DNA of 64,000 bases from Alphaproteobacteria bacterium (GTDB taxonomy: Bacteria; Pseudomonadota; Alphaproteobacteria; CACIAM-22H2). Made by a program: the position numbers and the translations under genes. Location: positions 341,730-405,729 of the forward strand of contig JAWLHE010000004.1 in assembly GCA_041690495.1 (NCBI GenBank). The letters run 5' to 3'. Under the pieces are notes generated by a model. The model was not told where the DNA came from and did no database searches. It saw nothing but the letters and a program-made list of their open reading frames with translations. Below, piece by piece: positions 18,925 to 27,645 of the stretch. The first letter of the stretch is position 1. Every line of letters starts with the position of its first letter.

Positions 18925-20063
18925 GGCGGGTCAACGCGCGTGCCGGGCAGGTCTGCCATTCGCGATCGCGCGGTCGGCGCGGCCCTGTTCGCGACCGATG
19001 CCGCCCATCGAATGCCGCATCGGCGCGAATGCTGTTGACGGCTGACGCGTCGGCCGGAAGCGAAATCGCCCGGCGATATGGCGACACGGAGAAGGCAGGC
19101 TCCCGTCGCAGCCGCGCGACGATGGCGGTGATCACGGATTCCCAGTCCTTCGGGGCGGTCTGACGGAACAGTCGCATGGTTGGATACCAGGGGCTGTCCG
19201 CCCGCCCGGTCATCCATCGCCAGTCCGCCCCCGCGTGAAGCATCGTCCAGACCGGGACACCGAGCGCGCCGGCAAGATGCGCCACCATCGTGTCGACGCT
19301 GACGACGAGGTCAAGGGTCCGGATCGTCGCCGCGGTATCGAGTATATCGTTGGTCCAGGATGCCGCGTCGTCGGCGAACCGCACGCCGTGTCCGGGCGAA
19401 GCAATCTCGGCGAGAGCCGGTCCGCGCTGCAGGTTGAAGAGCGCGACATCCGCGATCGCGGCGACCGGCGCGAAGGCCGCCAGCGGCATCGCCCGTTGTC
19501 TGTCCCAGCCCCCCACCGACCAGGCGATCCCGACCTTGAGGCGCGGTTCATCGCACATGCGCCGCCTCGCAGCCTTGATGCGCGCCGCGTCGACGGCCAG
19601 ATACGGCACCTCGTCTGGAATGGTCGCCAGCGCCGTGCGGAAGGCATGGGGCAGCTCCATCAGCTCGATATCGGCATCGAACGGCGGATCGGGCACGTTG
19701 CGATCGAGCGCGACGATGCGATCGATGCCCGAAACCGCGCGGAGCAGATCGTGAAGCGCCGGTACCGCCTGCACCGTGACGGAAGCAGCGATCCGGTGCA
19801 GCATCGGCATGTAACGGATGAACTGGACCGTATCGCCAAGACCGTGATAGCAGCGCACCAGGACGTGCCGGCCCTCGAGAGGCGCGCCGTTCCACACATG
19901 ACGCAGATGGAATGGCTGGTCGCGGCAATTCAGCGTCGCGTGTCGGCGCCACGCCAGCACGACATCGCTTACGCGCCAGGCCGTCTCGAAATCCCCGAGC
20001 ATCATGGCGCTGGTCCATCGATCCCGCGCTGCAGGATGCTTCAGCGCACCTCGGTTCGTCATC
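18827..20063 (-). CDS. glycosyltransferase family 9 (heptosyltransferase-like) protein with C-terminal extension
   Basis: Internal ATG MTNRGALKHP. The sequence ...VRCYHGLGDTVQFIRYMP... and the GT-B C-terminal half are typical of GT9. About 90 aa of Arg-rich tail overlap the MFS start. Confidence 0.65.
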
Positions 20064-20166
20064 GCCCGCCGTCTTTCGCTGGTTCGGCAACAAGGCAATA
20101 ACCCGATCCGGCGACCGAGGTTTCCGATCAGTCTTGGCGCATGAGCGGCAGGGCTGGCAGCCTGGA

Positions 20167-20793
20167 TCAGGCGGCGAGCGCGCGTTCCGAGGCGGCCAGA
20201 TCGAGGAGCATGGGACGGTGATCGGAGCGCCCGGCGCTCAGAGCCTCCGCCGCGTGGCACGACATGCCGCGGGCGAAGCAGCGATCGATCCGGACCGGCA
20301 GGAGATCCGTCGCAATGTGGGTCGGCTCCCGCGGACCGATATCGCTGAAGCCGGGCAGCACGGCCGGCCCGATCATATTGAAATCGCCAATCACGGCGCC
20401 CGCGCCGGAAATCGCGCCCGCTGCCTCGCGGAGCTGCCGGCGGCAGGTGAGCTGGCCGTGGCCGAGATGGACATTGACGACGGTCACCGCGCCGAATTCC
20501 ACGACCTGGGCGTGGCGCCGTGTGTGCCCGCCGGGCAGGCGCACGAGTCGCGGTCGGCGGACCAGTCGCGGCGACCAGACGGCCGGCCCGTGAATGCGCC
20601 CCGGAAACGGGTCCCGAGCCAGGCTTCCGCCGACGAGTTCGGGCAGCCGCTCCATGCTGCGATCGGCCTCCTGCAGCAGGACCAGGCCGGGACGATGGCG
20701 GGCGATCAGCTCGGCCACGTCTTCGGGTCTGGCGCCGATCTTGCGCAGGACGTTCCAGCTGAGAATGCGGAGAGTGGATGAGGCCGTTGTCAT
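20167..20793 (-). CDS. endonuclease/exonuclease/phosphatase (EEP) family protein
   Basis: Internal ATG MTTASSTLRILSWNV. The EEP N-terminal motif (SWNV) and C-terminal SDHRP catalytic His motif are present. Confidence 0.7.
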   Translation of the reverse strand: MTTASSTLRILSWNVLRKIGARPEDVAELIARHRPGLVLLQEADRSMERLPELVGGSLARDPFPGRIHGPAVWSPRLVRRPRLVRLPGGHTRRHAQVVEFGAVTVVNVHLGHGQLTCRRQLREAAGAISGAGAVIGDFNMIGPAVLPGFSDIGPREPTHIATDLLPVRIDRCFARGMSCHAAEALSAGRSDHRPMLLDLAASERALAA

Positions 20794-21219
20794 GCTGTGG
20801 CGTGCCGGAGCAGGCGATATGCTTACGCCAAAAGACTTAAGGATTCCTACCGCCATTTGGCCGCCACCCGTTTGCCGGCGCAAGATTGGCGCTTGCCTGG
20901 TCAACGCGCCTCGCCTTGCTCAATGTTGCTTGATATGGGTACTCACGCTCAAGACCGCATCCCAGACCTTGCACAGATGGCGCTTGTAGGCCCTCTGCAC
21001 CGGCTTGATCAACAGCAATTGACTCGCCGTCATGGGCCCTGGATCGTGCCATGACGCGCGCGATTCTACCTCGAGCGGTCGTCCCCGGGACTTATTCCCG
21101 ATGGCCGGGTCTGGGGCCGCGCGCCCTCCGGTTGGGCAATGCCGATTCCCTAAAGCATTGCCGTAAGCGACGGAATAGCTCGTAGACGGCGCCGGACCCG
21201 GGCGTGCATTGTCGCGCTT

Positions 21220-22149
21220 GTGCGCCACACCGTCGTCCTCACGCTTCTGGTCAGCATACTCGGGTACGGCTACGGCGCATATTCGCACGCCTTCCGCACA
21301 TTCCCGATCGAGTTGGTAGGCGCCGTAAAGCGGTTCTTCATACCCGACCGTGGCAGGCCGGTGCCGCTGGCCGAAGTGCTCCTGGACCCTACGGGCCGGA
21401 CGGAGATCGAGTGCAACCGTATCAGGCGCGACGCGGCAATCCTGCTGCTCATGGGGCAATCCAATGCCGCCAACTCCGGCGGCCGCGAGTCGCGCTACAG
21501 GGCAATTCACGATGTCATCAACTTCAATTGGGTCAACGGCAAGTGCTACCGAGCCGAGGACCCGCTCCTCGGCACTGACGGCGAAGGCGGGACGATCTGG
21601 ACACGCCTGGGTGACGAGCTGATCGAGAACGCCGGCTACAGGCAGGTCGTGCTGGTCGATATCGCGGCAAGCGGAACGCAGATCCGCACATGGGCCGGTG
21701 AAAACGGCCCGGCGCGACGCGCCGTAGATGCGGCCCAGAAGCTGCGGCATCTCGGCCGGCGATTCACGCACGTGCTTTGGCACCAGGGCGAGGCCGACTG
21801 GGCAACGCCGCCGGCAGTGTATATCCGGCTGTTCAAGGAGATGGCGACGTATCTGCGCACGAACAGCGTGGAGGCACCGATCTTCGTTGCGCAGAGCACG
21901 GTCTGCGCGGCTCGGCGCTCGCCCGGGATCCAGCGAGCGCAATACGATCTGCCCAACCTCGTCGAGAACGTGTTCCCGGGCGCCAACGCCGACACGGTCG
22001 ACCGCTTCCGCGATCGCCAGGCAGACTTCTGTCATTTCAAGGCGAGCGGGCTGGCTCAACTGGCACGCTTGTGGCGCCAGGCGATCGCCGCGCACGAGCC
22101 GATCACGGCCGCGATTCCCGGCGAGACCTTTGCCGGTTCCAAACAATAG
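21220..22149 (+). CDS. SASA-domain (sialate O-acetylesterase-like, SGNH-type) esterase with N-terminal membrane anchor
   Basis: 309 aa. The LLLMGQSNAANSGG motif (GQSN catalytic serine block) and the later HQGEAD block are present. A hydrophobic N-terminus VVLTLLVSILGYGYGAY precedes them. Confidence 0.65.
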   Translation: MRHTVVLTLLVSILGYGYGAYSHAFRTFPIELVGAVKRFFIPDRGRPVPLAEVLLDPTGRTEIECNRIRRDAAILLLMGQSNAANSGGRESRYRAIHDVINFNWVNGKCYRAEDPLLGTDGEGGTIWTRLGDELIENAGYRQVVLVDIAASGTQIRTWAGENGPARRAVDAAQKLRHLGRRFTHVLWHQGEADWATPPAVYIRLFKEMATYLRTNSVEAPIFVAQSTVCAARRSPGIQRAQYDLPNLVENVFPGANADTVDRFRDRQADFCHFKASGLAQLARLWRQAIAAHEPITAAIPGETFAGSKQ

Positions 22150-22265
22150 CGAGCCTCCGGCGGAACGCATCCGCCGGACGGGCACTGGAACCCGGACGCG
22201 CACCCCTCCGTTGCTAGGCGAGGCGCGAATATGCGCCCGCCTTACCCCAACCGGGAGATCTGTCG

Positions 22266-22562
22266 ATGAAACTATTGATTGCCGCGGCCGCTTTTTCGCT
22301 CGCTCTGGGAGGCGCCGCAATGGCACAGACCGGATCTCAGAGCGGTCCCATGACCCGTCCCTCGGCCACGCCGCAGGGCACGGCACCTGGCCAGTCAGGC
22401 ACGATTCTCAGCGAGAACGACATCCGCACCAAGCTGCAGGCGGAAGGATATTCGAACATCAGCGGCCTGAAGCGCGAAGGCAACATGTACTCCGCCAAGG
22501 GTATGAAGGATGGCCGCGCGGTCGATCTCACCATCGACGCGCGCAATGGCAAGATCCGGTAA
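22266..22562 (+). CDS. PepSY domain-containing secreted protein
   Basis: 98 aa with a signal peptide MKLLIAAAAFSLALGGAAMAQ. The C-terminal GYSNISGLKREGNMYSAKGMKDGRAVDLTIDARNGKI is a PepSY-like fold signature. Confidence 0.65.
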   Translation: MKLLIAAAAFSLALGGAAMAQTGSQSGPMTRPSATPQGTAPGQSGTILSENDIRTKLQAEGYSNISGLKREGNMYSAKGMKDGRAVDLTIDARNGKIR

Positions 22563-22800
22563 AGTGCAAAGCGCTGATTCGCGCAGCTCGATCCGGCGCC
22601 GTGGACGCCGGGTCGAGACCGGCAGCCGATCCGGCGGCTTGACAGCCAAGTTGACAAGGACTTCACGCGCCCCCCGTCAGAATTTCTCATAGGCGCGACT
22701 CGTCGCGCACCCGCGAAAAATCGTTGCCAAATGCGATTCTCTGGCGCATACCGTTCGTGGCGGCGCAACGCCGCGTTGCACTGACAGAGGAAAAACCCAA

Positions 22801-23094
22801 ATGGCAGAAGCCAAGCAGGCCGTCGTTTCGCTGAAGCAGATCGTGTCCGATCTCGCCGAGAAGCACGAGCTGCCCAAGAAGCAGATGACCGAGGTTGTCG
22901 ACGGCATGTTCGACAGCCTCGCCAAGAATCTGAAGAAGGGGGCCAAGATCCGCGTCCCGGGCTTCGGGATTTTCGTGGTAGCCAAGCGCGCTGCGCGCAT
23001 GGGCCGCAATCCCGCGACCGGCGAACCGATCAAGATCAAGGCCAGCAAAAAGATCCGCTTCCGGCCCGCAAAGGAACTCAAGGAGTCGATTTGA
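22801..23094 (+). CDS. hup: HU family DNA-binding protein
   Basis: 97 aa. Sequence ...GAKIRVPGFGIFVVAKRAARMGRNPATGEPIKIKASKKIRFRPAKELK matches the HU/IHF beta-arm signature (R-N-P-x-T). Confidence 0.85.
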   Translation: MAEAKQAVVSLKQIVSDLAEKHELPKKQMTEVVDGMFDSLAKNLKKGAKIRVPGFGIFVVAKRAARMGRNPATGEPIKIKASKKIRFRPAKELKESI

Positions 23095-23305
23095 CGGCTG
23101 GACGGCGCCCGCGCCGCGGCGCGGTGACGATCGACGACGAAGCTCTCGGCCCTGCGGCCGGGAGCTTTTCGTTTGCGCGGCCCCGTGCAGTACAGCCAGC
23201 GGGCTGCTATCCTCTCGCTTTCGCAGCGTCCGCAGGCGCGCTTCGCGGCCGATAGGCCGGCCCATCGCGCCCCCGGCACGGCGAATCGGGGGCGCAATAG
23301 ATCAG

Positions 23306-23971
23306 ATGCAAGACATGCATTCGCCACGGTCGGCTGGCCCACCGGCCCTGCCGTCGGCTGTCTGGCCCGAGGAGGTCCGGCTGAAGCAGGCTGGCGATCC
23401 GACGATCGTCACCGCATTTTTCAATGACGCGCCCTCGTGGCACCCGCGGATGATCCGGCAGCTGCTCGATCTCGCGCGCGACCCGAATTTCGGACGGCGC
23501 TATCAAGGATGCCGCGGCATCAAGATCGATGGAATCGACCGGCTCGAATCGCCGGAGCTGCGGCTCGCCACGGCCCGCGCGGAGGCGCTGTTTCGGCGCG
23601 TGCTGGGGGCTGCCAACGCGGTCGTCGATGCCGCATGGGCGAACATTTACCACCGCGGCGACTACTGCATGCCGCATAGCCACATGCGCGCGACGGCGAG
23701 TCTCGTCTACTGCGTCGATCCGGGCGAGAGCGACCCGCACGACCCTGTTAGCGGGCGGCTGTTCATCGCGGACCCGCGAATCGCCGCCTGCTGCCGCCCC
23801 TCGCCCGGCTACATGACCACGCCGCTGATCCCGGCGATGCGCGCGGGAACTCTCATCATCTTTCCCGCACAGATCGTCCATGCCGTGAACCCCTATGCCG
23901 GCGAGCGTCCGCGCATCACGCTCGCATGGAACATCGGCCCGGAAGCAATTCCAATCGCGCCACAGCAGTGA
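23306..23971 (+). CDS. 2OG-Fe(II) oxygenase-like family protein (TIGR02466-type), hypothetical function
   Basis: 221 aa. HxD...H-like residues (MPHSHMRAT...IVHAVNP) sit in a cupin/2OG context. The call rests on resemblance only. Confidence 0.5.
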   Translation: MQDMHSPRSAGPPALPSAVWPEEVRLKQAGDPTIVTAFFNDAPSWHPRMIRQLLDLARDPNFGRRYQGCRGIKIDGIDRLESPELRLATARAEALFRRVLGAANAVVDAAWANIYHRGDYCMPHSHMRATASLVYCVDPGESDPHDPVSGRLFIADPRIAACCRPSPGYMTTPLIPAMRAGTLIIFPAQIVHAVNPYAGERPRITLAWNIGPEAIPIAPQQ

Positions 23972-24297
23972 GCCATCGGGTTGAACGAACGTTCGCCGGC
24001 CGGCAACCCGCCCGCCGCGCTGGCGCCGGACCGATTCGTGAAATCGTGTCCTGTGAAGACGACAGACGCTTCGCTCCGATGCTCGGTGAAAAGTCGATCT
24101 GACAATCTGCCATCCACCGCCCTGTTGCGTCCGGGCGGCTTGACGCGTCGTCTCGGCGGGCCGCTGCGTACCGGACGGGTGGGGCGCCAACCGTCCTCGT
24201 TGAGTCAACGGGTGGTGCAAGCCCGGTCCGGTTGTGCCACGATATGCTCGGTTCCGCCCCGAGTCGGATGCAAATTGTCGCCATGGAAGCGCTGTAT

Positions 24298-24765
24298 ATG
24301 AACGATGAGTCCGCATCCATAATGTCGTTTCACTTGCCGAAAGCAGTCGCCGAGCTGTTCGAGCAACTGTCGCGCGCCCTCTATAGCCTGTCGTTCTCGG
24401 AAGGTCTCAATCCGGCGCAATGGAACGCGCTGCGCTACCTGAGCCGCGCGGACGCGGACTCGCGCACGATGTCGTCATTTGCCAAGTTCCACGTGACGAC
24501 GCGGAGCACGGCCTCGCAGACGCTGGCAGCTCTTGTGCGCAAGAAGCTGATCAGGAAGTTGCGCGATGCGGAAGATGGCCGCGTCGTCCGGCTCGAGCTT
24601 ACGCCGAAAGGCCGCAAGCTTCTGGAACGCGACCCGGTCAACCATCTGGTGGCAGCACTGGCGACGCTGCCGCCGGATCGCCAGCGTGTCGCCGCCGATA
24701 CGGTCGAAAGACTGATCAAGGCGGTATTTGCCAGGATGCCCCACGCCCGGCATCTGTCGCCATAG
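24298..24765 (+). CDS. MarR family transcriptional regulator
   Basis: Internal ATG MNDESASIMS. A winged-HTH pattern (...TQSTLAALVRKKLIRKLRDAEDGRVVRLELTPKGRKLL) is present. It is oriented opposite to the SDR/TauD/Gfo operon, stop-to-stop. Confidence 0.8.
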   Translation: MNDESASIMSFHLPKAVAELFEQLSRALYSLSFSEGLNPAQWNALRYLSRADADSRTMSSFAKFHVTTRSTASQTLAALVRKKLIRKLRDAEDGRVVRLELTPKGRKLLERDPVNHLVAALATLPPDRQRVAADTVERLIKAVFARMPHARHLSP

Positions 24766-24822
24766 GTCGAAAGACGTCGTTCCGGCAGCCGCGAGCGGCG
24801 GGCGGCCGGCCCTTGCAGCGTC

Positions 24823-25629
24823 TCACGGCATCAGCTGGCCGCCGTTCACCTCGACAATCTGGCCGGTCACATAACCGCTCAGCGCGTCCGACGCCAGATA
24901 GAGGTAGGTACCGACGCATTCCTCGCTGGTGCCCAGCCGGCCCATCGGGATCGTCGCCGTCATCGCCTTGATCTGCTCCGCCGTGCTGAAACGCTCGTGA
25001 AATGGCGTCGCGATTACACCGGGCGAAACGGCGTTGACCCGAACGTTGTCCTTGACTAGCTCCTTGGCCAGCCCGCGCGTGAGCGTACTCACGAAGCCCT
25101 TCGCGGCAGCATAGAGCACAGCTCCGCCGGCACCGCCATGCCGGGCGGCAATGGAAGTCGTGTTGATGATGTTGCCGCGCCCGGCCTTGCGAAAGTGTGG
25201 AATCACCGCGCGGCATGCCGCAAACACCGAACGAGCATTGATGTCCATCACGGCGTCGTAGTGATCGTCCGATGCCTCCGCGACCGGCACGCGCCTGACC
25301 AAGCTGCCGGCGTTGTTGATCAGCACGTCGATGCCGCCGAAATGCGCCGCGGCGCGATCGACGATCTCGGTCACCGCTTCCGCGCGCGCAACGTCGCCGC
25401 CGACGGCAAAGCCTTCGCCGCCTGCGCTCCTGATCGCTGCGACGATGGCGCTCGCGGCGTCCTTGCTCTGATTGTAGTGAACGGCCACGCGGGCGCCTTG
25501 CGCGCCCAGGGCGCGCGCGACGACAGCGCCGATGCCGGTCGAGGCGCCGGTAACAAGGAATACGCGATTCTCGAGATCGGCGATTCGCGGGAAGCCGATC
25601 GCATCCGCAGGACTGGTCAGGGCTGTCAT
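24823..25629 (-). CDS. SDR family oxidoreductase
   Basis: TGASTGIGAVVARAL Rossmann motif, NNAG motif, and a catalytic Y-x3-K (YAAAK). Confidence 0.85.
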   Translation of the reverse strand: MTALTSPADAIGFPRIADLENRVFLVTGASTGIGAVVARALGAQGARVAVHYNQSKDAASAIVAAIRSAGGEGFAVGGDVARAEAVTEIVDRAAAHFGGIDVLINNAGSLVRRVPVAEASDDHYDAVMDINARSVFAACRAVIPHFRKAGRGNIINTTSIAARHGGAGGAVLYAAAKGFVSTLTRGLAKELVKDNVRVNAVSPGVIATPFHERFSTAEQIKAMTATIPMGRLGTSEECVGTYLYLASDALSGYVTGQIVEVNGGQLMP

Positions 25630-25654
25630 GGGGGTTCCTTCTGATTCCTCCGGT

Positions 25655-26518
25655 TCAGGCGCGGACGGCCGCGGCGGAGCCGGGCTCCTTGACGGTGATG
25701 CGCCACAGCGTGCGCGGATCGGCAGGATCGGTCAGCGTCGCCGAATGCAGCAGCGACAGATCGTCCCACAGAACCACCTCACCCGGCTCGTATGCGTGGC
25801 TGTAGCGATATTTCTCCTGAAGCGCATGCCGCTTCAGCTCGTCGAGCAGCTGCACCGCCTCATCCTGCGGCATGCCCTCGATCCCGAACGAGCTGCCGGA
25901 GACCGCATAGAGCGCCTTACGCCCCGAGCCGTAATGCCTGCGGACGAGCCGGTGACGGACCCAGCCCATCTTCATCTTCTGATCGTCGGTCAGCTTCGAC
26001 GCAGCCGTGCGCGAGTCCTCGTCGAGATCGTCCCGGTTACCGTAATGATGCAGCACGACGAGATCGCCGATCCGGCGCTTCGTCGTATCGGGCAGGTCGT
26101 CGTAAGCCGCGTACATGTCGGCGAACAGCGTATTGCCGCCGCGCCTGGGCACTTCGATCGAATAGAGCATGGTCACGCGCGCCGGGATCTCGAGATAGGA
26201 ATAGTCGGTGTGGAAATAGCTTCCGGCATCGGCAAGTCCGAGCGGCTTGCCGTCCTGCGTGCGGTTCGACAGGACAAGAATGTCCGGATATCCGGGATGG
26301 TGGAACTGGTCGATGACGTGCGGCTCGGGATTGCCGAAGCGGCGCGCAAACGCGAGGAGGTGCTGCGGCTCGAGACGCTGGCCCCTGATCGCCAGGACCT
26401 GGCCGTCGAAGAAAGCCTGCTCGATCTCGCGAAAGGTCGCATCGTCGACAGGCTTCGACAGATCGACCCCGTCAAGACCGATCCCCAGGACATCAGAGAG
26501 CTTCCGCCGGCTCAGCAT
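25655..26518 (-). CDS. TauD/TfdA family Fe(II)/2-oxoglutarate dioxygenase
   Basis: 287 aa. HTDYSY (HxD iron ligand) and the C-terminal ...HSATL... arrangement are typical of taurine-dioxygenase-like enzymes. Confidence 0.8.
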   Translation of the reverse strand: MLSRRKLSDVLGIGLDGVDLSKPVDDATFREIEQAFFDGQVLAIRGQRLEPQHLLAFARRFGNPEPHVIDQFHHPGYPDILVLSNRTQDGKPLGLADAGSYFHTDYSYLEIPARVTMLYSIEVPRRGGNTLFADMYAAYDDLPDTTKRRIGDLVVLHHYGNRDDLDEDSRTAASKLTDDQKMKMGWVRHRLVRRHYGSGRKALYAVSGSSFGIEGMPQDEAVQLLDELKRHALQEKYRYSHAYEPGEVVLWDDLSLLHSATLTDPADPRTLWRITVKEPGSAAAVRA

Positions 26519-27519
26519 CAGGGCTTCTCCCAGCCGCCCGATTTTTCGGATCGGAACAGCGCATCGATGACGCGCATGTTCAGGATGGAATCATCGAGCG
26601 TAACCGCGGGTCTCGTTCCGTCGCGGATGCAGGCCGAGAATGCGTCCCCCTGCAATGTGTACTGATTGCAGACCGGCAGCTCGATAATCTCGGCACCCGA
26701 GCCGAGCACATCGCGGCCGTCGTCCACGATGAGCCGGCACGGCCGGTCAGGCGGCGCATTGATCGGAATCTCGACGGTAATGTGGCCGGAGGTGCCGAGC
26801 ACCTGGAAGCGCTGGGAACGCGCGATCTGCGTCGAGCACAGGAACGTCGCGTGCCCCTGGGGGAAGTCCAGGACCGCGCTGGCGAGACGGTCGGTCTTCA
26901 TCGCCGGGTCGCGCTCAATTCTGCTCATGACCTGTCGCGGCTCCGCCCCGAAGACGAATCGCGCGAAATAGATCATGTAGCAGCCGATATCCATGATGCC
27001 GCCGCCGCCGGCATCGACGATATTGCGGATATTGGCCGGATCGGGATTGTTGTAGGTAACGACACCATGTACCGCGCGCACCGTGCCGAGGCGGCCGGAG
27101 GCGATCAGCTCGCGCACGCGCAGCCATTGCGGATGGAAGCGGACCATGAATCCTTCCATGACCAGGCGCCCGCTGCGCTGCTGTGCTGCGGCGAGGCGCT
27201 TGCCTTCGGCGGCATTCATGGCAATCGGCTTCTCGCACAGGACGTGCTTGCCGGCCTGGAGCGCCTTTTCCGTCCAGGCGACATGGAGATTGTTCGGCAA
27301 CGGATTGTAGATCGCCTCGACGGCGGGGTCGGCAAGCAGCTCCTCGTAGGAGCCGTAGGACCTGGGAATGCCAAGCTGCCGTGCGCAGGCCTCGGCACGA
27401 TCGGACTCGCGCGAAGCGATTGCATCGATCCGGCTCAGCGAGCCCTGCTGCATAGCCGGAATGGTGCGCTCGACAGCCATTTTCGAGACGCCGAGCACGC
27501 CCCATGACACCTTGTCCAT
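26518..27519 (-). CDS. Gfo/Idh/MocA family oxidoreductase
   Basis: N-terminal Rossmann GVLGVSKMA and the EKPIA motif. There is a 1-nt stop/start overlap with TauD. Confidence 0.85.
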   Translation of the reverse strand: MDKVSWGVLGVSKMAVERTIPAMQQGSLSRIDAIASRESDRAEACARQLGIPRSYGSYEELLADPAVEAIYNPLPNNLHVAWTEKALQAGKHVLCEKPIAMNAAEGKRLAAAQQRSGRLVMEGFMVRFHPQWLRVRELIASGRLGTVRAVHGVVTYNNPDPANIRNIVDAGGGGIMDIGCYMIYFARFVFGAEPRQVMSRIERDPAMKTDRLASAVLDFPQGHATFLCSTQIARSQRFQVLGTSGHITVEIPINAPPDRPCRLIVDDGRDVLGSGAEIIELPVCNQYTLQGDAFSACIRDGTRPAVTLDDSILNMRVIDALFRSEKSGGWEKP

Positions 27520-27645
27520 TCGCCAGACCTCCCGTGCCAGCCGGCTGGTTTTAGATCGATCTAAAGGCTAGCCTGTCGCAGCGCGGACGGTCAATCATCA
27601 GCGGTCCACGGTCGCGAGAGAAAGCGGGTTCTGTTAAGGACGGGC

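Noticed and set aside
20920-22386. 488-aa minus-strand ORF
   Set aside because: Antisense to the SASA-domain esterase gene, which has clear catalytic motifs (GQSN). Arg-rich with no domain.
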